Of a stretch of DNA of 32,000 nt, positions 18,951 to 27,163 are shown in pieces. Below the pieces are notes generated by a model. The model was not told where the DNA came from. It did no database searches and saw nothing but the letters and a program-made list of their open reading frames with translations. Both the position numbers and the translations under genes were made by a program. This stretch comes from Halomicronema hongdechloris C2206 (GTDB lineage: Bacteria > Cyanobacteriota > Cyanobacteriia > Phormidesmidales > Phormidesmidaceae). The stretch spans positions 750,001 to 782,000 of the forward strand of contig NZ_CP021983.2 of assembly GCF_002075285.3 (NCBI RefSeq). Reading direction: 5' to 3'. Position 1 is the first letter of the stretch. Each line of letters starts with the position of its first letter.

Positions 18951-19201
18951 CTCCCGTAGATAGTAGCTTGGGATAAATCGTTCTGTATAGGCTTAGGGGG
19001 CAATAGCGCTTTCTGTATATGGCTCCAGTATGAAATCCTTGGACCGGCAAGGCCAAGTTCAGGCCCCTTTGTCCATCCCTTCCTCACAAAAGTTTGAAGA
19101 AGCTACCAAGGATATTCTCTAGGTTTGGAGATACTCCCGGTAGTTGACTGAGAATGAATGATCTGGGTTCCCATGCCAGGGCTAAATTGCCTGCCGTCGG
19201 C

Positions 19202-19540
19202 CTAGCTGCCTAGCTTGAAGGCCTCTACGAAGAGGCTATAGGTGAGTCCTAACTTGAAGGCATTGACGGCTTCTGACAACACCGATCGCCGCGTTCCTGC
19301 CGCCAGCGGCTGTCGGTAAATCCACCGACTGATCACCTCCGTCACCACCACCAAAATGGCCGCGATCAGAATATCCTGCTCGGCAGCTTGACCGGTGTAA
19401 GCTGCGATCGCAACGCCGAAAAAGTGACCCAGCAACAGGCTGATGAGCACTACCGACAGCCGGCGCCATGGGTTCACCAACCAGAGCGACAGCTGTGTCG
19501 TCAGGGTCACGACCAAGGTATTGAGACGAGTCCGCTGCAT
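19202..19540 (-). CDS. Ycf20-like (DUF565) membrane protein
   Basis: RTRLNTL...NPWRRLSVVLISLLLGHFFG...TGQAAEQDIL plus predicted TM helices fit the DUF565/Ycf20 pattern. It sits 28 nt downstream of the preceding gene. Confidence 0.6.
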   Translation of the reverse strand: MQRTRLNTLVVTLTTQLSLWLVNPWRRLSVVLISLLLGHFFGVAIAAYTGQAAEQDILIAAILVVVTEVISRWIYRQPLAAGTRRSVLSEAVNAFKLGLTYSLFVEAFKLGS

Positions 19541-19568
19541 AGGCTCTCAAGCTCTTAATCAAGCTCTC

Positions 19569-21713
19569 TTAAGACGGGTCACGGGAGCAGGCCGGATGCT
19601 GCCCCCCCTGGGCACAGATAAACCGCAGTTGTTGAGCGTCTAAGTTGCGCACCTGGGAAAAGTCTATCCCCTGAAACCGATCTGTCTTCGCCACCTGCGT
19701 ATCCTTGGCGATGAAAGACTCCGGATCGGTTCGGCGGGTCTCGTCACCGAAGCGGGCCCCAGCCATATCGACCCCGGCCAGTTTAGCCCCCGGCAAGAGG
19801 ACCTGACGTAAATCTGCCCCCCGTAGATTGGCTTGACGCAGATCCGCGTTCCTCAAATCAGCTCCTCGCAGCTGGGCTCGGGTCAGGTCGGCAGCGATGA
19901 GCACCGCCCGGGTCAGATCGGCTCCGGTTAGATCCGCCTCCTGCATCTCAGCCCGGGTGGCATTGACCCGGCTTAAATTGACCCCGGAGGCGGCAACCTG
20001 GTTGAGCCGGGCCCGTTCTAGCTCGGCCCCGGCCAAATTGGCATTGGTCAAATCTGCCCCGGTCATCCGGGCTCCCAGCAGTATCGCTTGCTCCAATTGA
20101 GCCGCCACCAGCTCGGCCCCACCTAAATTGGCGCCGCTGAAATCGGCATAGGTGGCTTGTACCCCATTTAGGTTGGCCCGCAGTAGGCTAGCTCCCGATA
20201 ACGGCACCTGCGCCAAATCAGCCCGGCTCAAATCAGCCTCGGTGAGGTCGGCGCCGCGCAGATCAGCTACCCAATCGTCATAGGTATCGAGATGACCATC
20301 GGGTCCCGGCCCTGAGAAGCGACTTTGACTGAGGCGAGCCCCGGTCAATACCGTTCCCCGCCAGTGCAATCCGGCCAGGTTCTGCTGTTCCAGCACCAAT
20401 GAAAAGGTGTCTGCCCCTTGGCTCACTTGGCCTAGATACGCCTGGCTCAGGTCTACTCCTGCCACCCCATCCGCTAGGGCTAAGAGTTCGGCCAGGGTTT
20501 GCTTCACAACCTGCTGCCGTCCCCGTTCTGTGGCATCGGGTGGAGATGATGACGCCCCGATCTCGGCTCCTAGGGTCTGATTGAGGCGATGCAGGGGGGG
20601 CAACGCCTCTACCCCAATGCTCACCAATGCCTGGTGCAGAATCTGCCAATCTGCTGGGGTGTCAGCCTGGGCTAGCCAATCGACTAACAGGGCTACTGCC
20701 CGAGGATCACCGCTGTTGGCAAGAGCTAGCACGGCAGCCTGTTGCTCTGCGGGTGGCGTCCCCGGTTGGGAGAGGGTATCTACCAGCGATAGAAACACAT
20801 AGTCAGTCTGCCGGGCCTGCTCCCGAGTTCGCAGCCATAGGCCTCCTAGGGCGATGGTGGCCAGCAGTAAACAGGCCCCGATCCCCAAACGCCAATGCCG
20901 TCCCATGGTGAGGCCACTAGCCTGGGGACCCAGGACACGATAGGTGAGGCCACTGGCAGTGGCGACGCTGTCAGGCTGAGAGACTTTGCCGCCGCTAATT
21001 GCGGTCACTTCGGGGGAATCCTCACCGGGGCTACTTGCCATCGGCAGCTGGTCAGGGAATTGGGCCGCTTCACTCCCTGTCACCACGGTGCCCGCTAGAC
21101 GATCATGCCAGCCGCGCCCCTTGCCCATGACCACAGTCAGACCCTGCCCGGTCAAGGCCAGCAGGGTTAGGCCCCCGAGGATGCCTAGCTGCGGAAATGC
21201 CCCGATGGCGTACCATCCCCCATAGGCCAGTCCCAAGGGGCCGACCCAACGTCCTGCCGATCGCAGTAAGATTCGCCAGCTTCCTGGTCTATTGCCGGTT
21301 AGCACCATCACCTGCAGGCCCACCCAACGCTTGGTCAGGGGGCGGCCGGTCTGAGCCGAGCTATACAGTTGGCTGCCGATAAATACTAGTGGCAACCCCA
21401 CTGCCATAGACCAGAGCCCGTTGGTGAGAGGGCTAACTTCGCTATAGAGGTGACGTTTAGGCAAGGCTAGGGTACGTGCGATCGCAGTTTGCGTCCACCG
21501 CAGCGGCGGGGCCAAGGCAACCTTTTGCGCTTCGGTGTTATTGGCCCATAGCCCCAGCTGCACCGGCACCCCAATGCTCCCCACCAACAAGGCCACCTCG
21601 ATTCCCCAGGCCAGCAATCGTCGCCATAGTAGGGGATGCAGCCCTACCTTCTGCGCGGACGCCGGTCGTAGTGCCAATAGTCTGGGGGGATGATGGGGAG
21701 AGGGATGCGCCAT
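19569..21713 (-). CDS. RDD-domain / HEAT-like / pentapeptide-repeat fusion membrane protein
   Basis: The N-terminal multi-TM RDD-type domain ends GRGWHDRLAGTVV. A TM lies at about aa 275-295. LALANSGDPRAVALLVDWL is a HEAT/PBS-lyase-like repeat. Roughly aa 419-655 are A(D/N)LxG-type pentapeptide repeats (nt about 19749-20459). Confidence 0.8.
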   Translation of the reverse strand: MAHPSPHHPPRLLALRPASAQKVGLHPLLWRRLLAWGIEVALLVGSIGVPVQLGLWANNTEAQKVALAPPLRWTQTAIARTLALPKRHLYSEVSPLTNGLWSMAVGLPLVFIGSQLYSSAQTGRPLTKRWVGLQVMVLTGNRPGSWRILLRSAGRWVGPLGLAYGGWYAIGAFPQLGILGGLTLLALTGQGLTVVMGKGRGWHDRLAGTVVTGSEAAQFPDQLPMASSPGEDSPEVTAISGGKVSQPDSVATASGLTYRVLGPQASGLTMGRHWRLGIGACLLLATIALGGLWLRTREQARQTDYVFLSLVDTLSQPGTPPAEQQAAVLALANSGDPRAVALLVDWLAQADTPADWQILHQALVSIGVEALPPLHRLNQTLGAEIGASSSPPDATERGRQQVVKQTLAELLALADGVAGVDLSQAYLGQVSQGADTFSLVLEQQNLAGLHWRGTVLTGARLSQSRFSGPGPDGHLDTYDDWVADLRGADLTEADLSRADLAQVPLSGASLLRANLNGVQATYADFSGANLGGAELVAAQLEQAILLGARMTGADLTNANLAGAELERARLNQVAASGVNLSRVNATRAEMQEADLTGADLTRAVLIAADLTRAQLRGADLRNADLRQANLRGADLRQVLLPGAKLAGVDMAGARFGDETRRTDPESFIAKDTQVAKTDRFQGIDFSQVRNLDAQQLRFICAQGGQHPACSRDPS

Positions 21714-22095
21714 TGCCTAGTCCTAGGGCAGGAGACTACTTGTATTGCCCACAACATTGCTCATTTTGTAACATGCCATGCCCCATTTGCTGCCATGGTC
21801 CTAAGACTTTTCCGCCCGGGGAACTGGCACACCTATGGCCTAAAGTATCCTGCGACTCATTTAGGATTATCGTAGACGCAAATAGGAAGCCGCTCTAGTC
21901 CCCCTGTTGACATCCTTGCTTCCCTGGTGCAGCTGCCGGCAAGATAGTCGGGCTCAGGGGCAGCCTAATTCCCCAGGCCCTCACCCATTATGCAAACCTA
22001 CGCTCGTCTACGAGAATCCCGCGTAGACAGCCTAAAAGCAAGACTCATTATTGATTTTTTCAAAGTTGTTTTCCTGCTACCGAGGAGATATCGCC

Positions 22096-22536
22096 ATGGT
22101 TACTCAAAATCTTCGCCAACGACTCCTGCCCACCACCCTAACCACTCTACTCTTGGCCGGTGGTGCCGCCATGGCTCAATCGACTGCCACAACCCCGTTG
22201 GCAGACCCCATCACCGTTAGTGGCACAGCCAGTGGCCAGGCAACCTCTAACTGTGGGTTCATTACCGATGCTCCCGTCCAGACCCTAAATGTCACCGAGT
22301 CTTTCGCCTCCCTGGATATTGAAGTGGCCGGCGGCGACCAGTTAACGCTCTTGATTCTAGGGCCAGACAACTTCCGGGAATGTCTGCAGATGGATCGCTT
22401 TAGTGAGGGCGTAATTACGGCCCCAGGATTACTCAACCAAGGCAACTATGACTTCTACATCGGTCGCCAGCAACGCGGTACCTCCCCTGACTACACCCTG
22501 ACCATTGAACAGGCTGATACCTTATCTAGCCAGTAG
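22096..22536 (+). CDS. secreted hypothetical protein (signal peptide)
   Basis: ATG 22096 is preceded by GAGGAG at 22083-22088. The signal-like N-terminus is LLPTTLTTLLLAGGAAMAQS. I recognise no family. Confidence 0.55.
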   Translation: MVTQNLRQRLLPTTLTTLLLAGGAAMAQSTATTPLADPITVSGTASGQATSNCGFITDAPVQTLNVTESFASLDIEVAGGDQLTLLILGPDNFRECLQMDRFSEGVITAPGLLNQGNYDFYIGRQQRGTSPDYTLTIEQADTLSSQ

Positions 22537-22570
22537 GGTGCCAGTAGGGTGAAGCCGGAGGGTGGAGTCA

Positions 22571-23038
22571 CTATCCCCCCTGAGACTCCGATGAATTGTC
22601 CGCAGCCGACTCCTCTAACACGTCCACAGACGATACTTCCACCGCATCCACATCCACGGTTCCTTCTGGAGTGGGCCGGACAAACTGACCATCTTTGACG
22701 GTCAGCACTGTCCCGCAACTAGGGCACGGGCTTTGAATGCCGTTGATCCCAGTCAGTTCATAGCGGCAGACCGGACAATTTCCCTGCACAACATTGCGCT
22801 GTAACCACCAGCGAAAGCCAAGAAATATGAGTGCCGGCGCCAGCAACAGCAGCAGCAACAATACCAACGCTGACTTCACCAGCCATCCGAGGCCAATGGC
22901 TCCTAGCAGCCAGACCACACCGATGACCGTCAACCAACATCCCAGACCGGATAGGTTCAATTGAAGAGTTTTGAGGCCGTTGGGGTTCACGGGGGGATCC
23001 TCGCATATTGACTTCGATCCCCATGGCCTGGCAAGCAC
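22571..23038 (-). CDS. membrane protein with C-terminal CxxC...CxxC zinc ribbon
   Basis: Two hydrophobic helices, then CPVCRYELTG...CPSCGTVLTV and an acidic tail. GTG start. Confidence 0.5.
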   Translation of the reverse strand: MLARPWGSKSICEDPPVNPNGLKTLQLNLSGLGCWLTVIGVVWLLGAIGLGWLVKSALVLLLLLLLAPALIFLGFRWWLQRNVVQGNCPVCRYELTGINGIQSPCPSCGTVLTVKDGQFVRPTPEGTVDVDAVEVSSVDVLEESAADNSSESQGG

Positions 23039-23089
23039 CAGGGGGGAGTCCCTATTTTAACGCCTCTGCTGTCTCCGCTTTAGTCCCCC

Positions 23090-24253
23090 TTAGGTAGGGA
23101 GATCCGTCAGCAACTCTGTCAGACGGCGTGTCAAGGCCTCGGCGCTGAAGTGAGCCAATACCTCTTGCCGCAGCCACTCTCCTTGGCAACGGCGATCGTT
23201 ACCCTTGAGGATTTCAATGCAGGCAGCCGCCACTGCCTCTGGATCACGATGGGGGACCTGCCAACCCAAGCGACCGTCCTGCAGGGGATCGGCAGAACCA
23301 TCGTCATCGCCGGCGAGTACTGGCACGCCACAGGCCATGGCTTCTAAATAGACAATGCCAAATCCCTCCTGGGAAGGCATGATGTAGGCATCTGCCAGGC
23401 GGTAGTGATCGGCTAAATCTGCCGTGGGCACAAACCCGGCAAAGACGACCCGATCGGCCACCCCCAAATCCTGGGCTAACCGAGCCAGGCGGGGTTGATC
23501 GTCACCGCGGCCGATGACTAGATATTTGACGTCGGGAATGGCAGATGCGATCGCAGGTAAGGCTCGAATCGTAACATCAACGCCCTTGTAAATGTCTCCC
23601 GACCACAGGCGAGCCACCGTCATCAACACAGACCCCGCGCCTAAGCCATAGCGCTCCACCAACTCTGCCGACTTAGGTCCTGGTGTAAACACCTCTCCGT
23701 CCACCACGCAGGGCAGCATACGCACCTTACTGGCCTGCAAGTCATTGGCCCGACAGGCTCGATCCCGGCTGTAGCGGCTGATGGTCCAAATTCGCGCCGC
23801 TCCCTGTAAGGCAGCCCGCTCAGCCGTTGGCAACGGGTGCCAGACCTCCTTGCCATAGGTCATAACGGTATAGGGCAACCGGAACCAGCGGCATAACCCC
23901 GCCACCAACTGCACCAGGCGAATATGCCCACAGATAATATGCCGAGGCCGATAGCGCAGCAGATAATAAGTGAGTCCCACCACCAACTTGAATCGCCCCA
24001 GGCTAGGCCAATGACTGGCCAAATAGGTAAAGTGCAAGGCCACACCTTCTAGAGGATTCTCACAATCAGGACCATCCCGCAGCAGCAACACCTCAGCAGG
24101 CAAGGGGTGCGGCTGCTTCAGATAGGCCGTTAAGATATCCCTAACGTAAGATTGAATCCCCCCTTCACAGGAGAAAACCTCCAAGAATAGGAAGACATAG
24201 GCCGGAGATGTTGTCGATGGACCTGGAGCGTTATTCACAAAAGCAACAGCCAA
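23090..24253 (-). CDS. GT4-family glycosyltransferase
   Basis: N-terminal FSCEGGIQSYVRD and C-terminal PSQEGFGIVYLEAMACGVPVLAGDDDGSADPL (EX7E region). The only upstream start is TTG at 24253. Confidence 0.85.
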   Translation of the reverse strand: MAVAFVNNAPGPSTTSPAYVFLFLEVFSCEGGIQSYVRDILTAYLKQPHPLPAEVLLLRDGPDCENPLEGVALHFTYLASHWPSLGRFKLVVGLTYYLLRYRPRHIICGHIRLVQLVAGLCRWFRLPYTVMTYGKEVWHPLPTAERAALQGAARIWTISRYSRDRACRANDLQASKVRMLPCVVDGEVFTPGPKSAELVERYGLGAGSVLMTVARLWSGDIYKGVDVTIRALPAIASAIPDVKYLVIGRGDDQPRLARLAQDLGVADRVVFAGFVPTADLADHYRLADAYIMPSQEGFGIVYLEAMACGVPVLAGDDDGSADPLQDGRLGWQVPHRDPEAVAAACIEILKGNDRRCQGEWLRQEVLAHFSAEALTRRLTELLTDLPT

Positions 24254-24334
24254 TAAATTAACGGTAGACCTAAGCCGACAGGAGTAGCCGCGTCCCGCAA
24301 AATCCTGCTTTCCAGTTAACCATCAGCCTCAGAG

Positions 24335-25192
24335 TCAGGCATAGCGAATATGCAATAGTAAGCGATCAGCCTTGGTTGGGGACAGCAACTTGTGAAAGCA
24401 GGACGGATCTTGAACAAAGCCGAAGCCCGCCGCCCCCTCAATCACCAACTCCTGAGCACGGCCATAATACTGGAATAGCCGCTCATCCGGCTGCCGCCCA
24501 GACCGTCTAGCCATCCAAGCATACCAAGGCTTGCGACCATGGGATTGACGAATCATCACATGGGCTCCCGACTGGGCATCCACCGGGGTGAGGTAGAAGT
24601 AAGCCGACATAAAATTGAAGCCTGCCACATCGTAATGATAGCTCAGGGGATTGTAGCGCTCTTTTCTCAAAGCCTCAGGCATCTCAGGCACGACAAAGGA
24701 CCAGACCAGATTCGCCATCACTTGGTTGGGCCAATAGCCAAGATAGTCCCGAGCAATTTGCAGCAGCAGCGGATCCCGCATCAGGTGCTCTACCCCATCG
24801 CAAGCCATTGGATGTTGCACCAGTCCCCGCAATACCGGAATATCCTGGCATACCTTGCCCGCCTTGATGTCACTGGCACGAAACAGGTCATCACGGCCCG
24901 GCTCCCGACAATCAGCAGTCTCAGCGAACTGGTAAATTTGCTTGACTAGCTGTGGTGGCAACCGCAACCGAAAGCTGACGGCTTCTTGCCGTAGTTCTGC
25001 TACATATTGATGCGCCTCAACTCCCTCCACCAGAGACGTTTCCCTGGGTCGCAAGCGCAGTCGATAGCGCCAAGGCTGGCGGCCTTGGCGCCTTCCCTGC
25101 AGCCAACTATACAATCTACGAACCAGCAAAAACCGACCGATGGTGCGATATAAATCGCCCTTCAGCACGCGATAGAGCAGGCGCTGGATCAT
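24335..25192 (-). CDS. putative PhyH-like Fe(II)/2-oxoglutarate dioxygenase superfamily protein
   Basis: YHYD (HxD), FYLTPVDAQSGAHVMIRQSH (resembles the PhyH L(D/T)xVxxxNGxxxxxPGSH block), and a distal CFHKLL...DRLLLHIRY. The family call is tentative. Confidence 0.45.
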   Translation of the reverse strand: MIQRLLYRVLKGDLYRTIGRFLLVRRLYSWLQGRRQGRQPWRYRLRLRPRETSLVEGVEAHQYVAELRQEAVSFRLRLPPQLVKQIYQFAETADCREPGRDDLFRASDIKAGKVCQDIPVLRGLVQHPMACDGVEHLMRDPLLLQIARDYLGYWPNQVMANLVWSFVVPEMPEALRKERYNPLSYHYDVAGFNFMSAYFYLTPVDAQSGAHVMIRQSHGRKPWYAWMARRSGRQPDERLFQYYGRAQELVIEGAAGFGFVQDPSCFHKLLSPTKADRLLLHIRYA

Positions 25193-25307
25193 GACCTAAC
25201 GTACTCTCAGTCATAATGAGGGTCTGTGGCCCCTGCGTCTGTCTCAATGCAGCTCCGAGTCCCCAGGGAAGCATCCTAAATCTTTGGCTGGCCTTAGTTT
25301 CTAGGAG

Positions 25308-26303
25308 TTAAGACGAGTGACCTCCCAGTGGCGCCACTGTTCCCGCCTGCAGGCGCTCTAGATCTTGTCGCACCATGTGCTCTATTAGTTCCTCAAAACT
25401 CACCTGCGGCGTCCACTGCAGTTTTTGCTTAGCCTTAGTAGGATTCGCCACCAGTTGAAAGTGCTCGTCCGCCCGAATCAGGGTTGGATCCACTTCAACA
25501 TAGCCAGTCCAATCCAAGTCAACTGCGGCAAAGGCTGCCGCCACTAAATCCCGCACGGTATGCAAGCATCCTGTACCGATCACGTAATCATCAGGAGCTT
25601 TCATCTGCAACATTTGCCACATGGCCTGCACATAATCTCCCGCAAATCCCCAGTCGCGCTTCGCATCCAGATTACCCATCACCAAGCGGTCTGTCAGGCC
25701 TAGCTTGATCGAGGCCGCAGCCAGAGAAATCTTGCGGGTGACAAATTGGGGGGGGCGCCGTGGTGATTCATGGTTGTAGAGAATACCACTGCAGGCATAG
25801 AGACCATAATGTTCTCGATGATGCACCATCGTCCAATGGGCATGCAATTTAGCAGCGCCATAGGGATTTTTGGGCCGGAACGGAGTTTGCTCAGACTGGG
25901 GGGCCGATTGCACATCACCGAAAATCTCAGAACTACTGGCCTGATAGAAGCGGGTCCGCAACTTGACCGCGCGAATCGCATCCAATAAGCGAGTGGCTGT
26001 CCCCGTAATCAAGTCGAGGGTTCCCAGGGGATCTGCCCAAGAATCAGGAACGAAGCTAGGAGCCGCTAAGTTATAGACTTCTGTGGGCAAGAGTTGTTCG
26101 ACAGCCAGCCGCAGGGCCTGACTATCGGTCAGATCAACGGAGTAAATATCTACCCGATCCGCCAAATCATCCAGTTTGGTGACACTTTCTTGACGATCTG
26201 GCGGCACCAGCCCGACCACCCGATAGCCCTTGTCAAGCAATAGACGGCTCAGGTAGTAACCATCCTGCCCAGTGATTCCCGTAATTAGTGCCGTACTAGT
26301 CAT
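25308..26303 (-). CDS. gmd: GDP-mannose 4,6-dehydratase
   Basis: ALITGITGQDGYYLSRLLLDKGY, YGAAKLHAHW (YxxxK) and ILYNHESPRRPPQFVTRKI. Start placed at ATG 26301-26303 (MTSTALITG). The track ORF runs on to 26504 into the upstream gene. Confidence 0.9.
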   Translation of the reverse strand: MTSTALITGITGQDGYYLSRLLLDKGYRVVGLVPPDRQESVTKLDDLADRVDIYSVDLTDSQALRLAVEQLLPTEVYNLAAPSFVPDSWADPLGTLDLITGTATRLLDAIRAVKLRTRFYQASSSEIFGDVQSAPQSEQTPFRPKNPYGAAKLHAHWTMVHHREHYGLYACSGILYNHESPRRPPQFVTRKISLAAASIKLGLTDRLVMGNLDAKRDWGFAGDYVQAMWQMLQMKAPDDYVIGTGCLHTVRDLVAAAFAAVDLDWTGYVEVDPTLIRADEHFQLVANPTKAKQKLQWTPQVSFEELIEHMVRQDLERLQAGTVAPLGGHSS

Positions 26304-26410
26304 AGACTCATTGATATGAAACGGAATGCTGAGGTTAGCCATCAGCCGCCAATCAGCAGAATTAAGGCGATGGAGAGCAGCCAGTCCTAGACTGGAGTGT
26401 TCCCTGTAGG

Positions 26411-26833
26411 TCAGCGCCCGTATTTGATAATCGATAAACAGTTGCGCTCCCCAGTCACTCGCTGATAGGTTACCCGATCCGCCAGCCGCCGTAACAGAAA
26501 CCAACCATAACCACTATTCAAGAGAGTACCGGGCTTGGGTTCTTGCAGTTGGTCTGGATTAAAGGGCTGACCGTAGTCCCAAATGCGAATTTCTACTTGC
26601 TGACTAGAGAGGGCCAGATCGATGTCAATAGAGGTCTCAGGGGGAAGTTCAGCATGGGCATGGCGAACGGCATTGGTAAACCCCTCGGTCAGGGCTAAAT
26701 TCAATCGATCGATGTGATCTTTAATCCAATAGAGATCTGCATCAAGGGACTGGCAGGTTTCCTGAAACCAATGTTGGACCTGAGATACCACATCCAACCG
26801 ACTTGCCACCACCAGATGCTCTTGCTTTACCAT
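26411..26833 (-). CDS. anti-sigma regulatory factor type Ser/Thr kinase (HATPase_c, RsbW/SpoIIAB-like)
   Basis: N box EGFTNAVRHAH, G1 IWDYGQPF, G2 SGYGWFLLRRLAD. Start placed at ATG 26831-26833. No STAS partner is seen in the window. Confidence 0.7.
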   Translation of the reverse strand: MVKQEHLVVASRLDVVSQVQHWFQETCQSLDADLYWIKDHIDRLNLALTEGFTNAVRHAHAELPPETSIDIDLALSSQQVEIRIWDYGQPFNPDQLQEPKPGTLLNSGYGWFLLRRLADRVTYQRVTGERNCLSIIKYGR

Positions 26834-27090
26834 GCTCTGCCCGATGCATCTTATACAGTCCAACCGGATGTCTGCCCTGACTGTCATTGCCGCTATTGAA
26901 TAGGGTATCCGAGAATCTTATCGGTGGCGGTATCGATTCGCTACTCTTAGAACTCACTCGCAAAGCAAAGCCTGAGTAGCCTTCCAAGCACAGTCTGTCA
27001 AGAATTTGAGTGCTCTTGTGTGAGTGTTGCCGGTGTGCTTTAAAGACCTGACGCTGCCTACTGCCCAGGCAGGTTTAAGTCGTCTCTTAG

Positions 27091-27135
27091 GCAAAAGCGC
27101 TCGAGACGGAAAGCCTTCTTCCCAACTCAAGCGCT
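27091..27135 (-). terminator. Rho-independent terminator of petBD
   Basis: On the minus strand, AGCGCTTGAG...CTCGAGCGCT forms a 10-bp stem with one G-U pair (27096-27135), followed by UUUUG. It starts 29 nt after the petD stop. Confidence 0.6.
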
Positions 27136-27163
27136 ATCTTACCCAAACTGTAGAACTGAATCC

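Larger units (their letters stand above)
18725..19099. repeat. two diverged ~256-bp direct repeat units sharing an ordered motif cassette
   Basis: TCTGTATAGG at 18725 and 18982. TCTGTATATG at 18756 and 19012. Hairpins at 18782-18797 and 19037-19052. TTCCTCACA at 18824 and 19080. TTTGAAG at 18847 and 19093. Confidence 0.75.

Noticed and set aside
18725-19021. TCTGTATA(T/G)G boxes as LexA/SOS boxes
   Set aside because: They resemble the CTGTATAT half of the E. coli CTGT-N8-ACAG box. However, the palindromic ACAG half is absent at the right spacing, and cyanobacterial LexA sites differ from the E. coli consensus.
18746-19087. 113-aa minus-strand ORF spanning both cassette units
   Set aside because: The conserved boxes of the two units fall in different reading frames, because the period of 256-257 is not divisible by 3. 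The peptide has no recognisable features. The SD-like GAGGAA is followed by a start codon only in unit B.
18153-19201. Integrated mobile element at the tRNA-Ser 3' end
   Set aside because: There is no integrase, excisionase or phage/plasmid gene. I found no direct repeat of the tRNA 3' segment (GGTTCGAATCCCTCCGCTTCCG) that could serve as attR. At most this is an old scar.
21907-21912. Perfect TTGACA as a -35 element in the 21714-22095 divergent spacer; two more TTGACA hexamers at about 9177 and 9203
   Set aside because: No acceptable -10 hexamer lies at 16-18 nt spacing from any of them, so I do not call promoters.
26304-26504. N-terminal extension of gmd in the track ORF; similar extensions exist for petD (27647-27694), tyrS (5371-5427) and the kinase (26834-26887)
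   Set aside because: The extensions precede the conserved family N-termini ([28 protein letters not shown]). For gmd, the extension overlaps the upstream gene's 3' end. Internal ATGs give canonical lengths.
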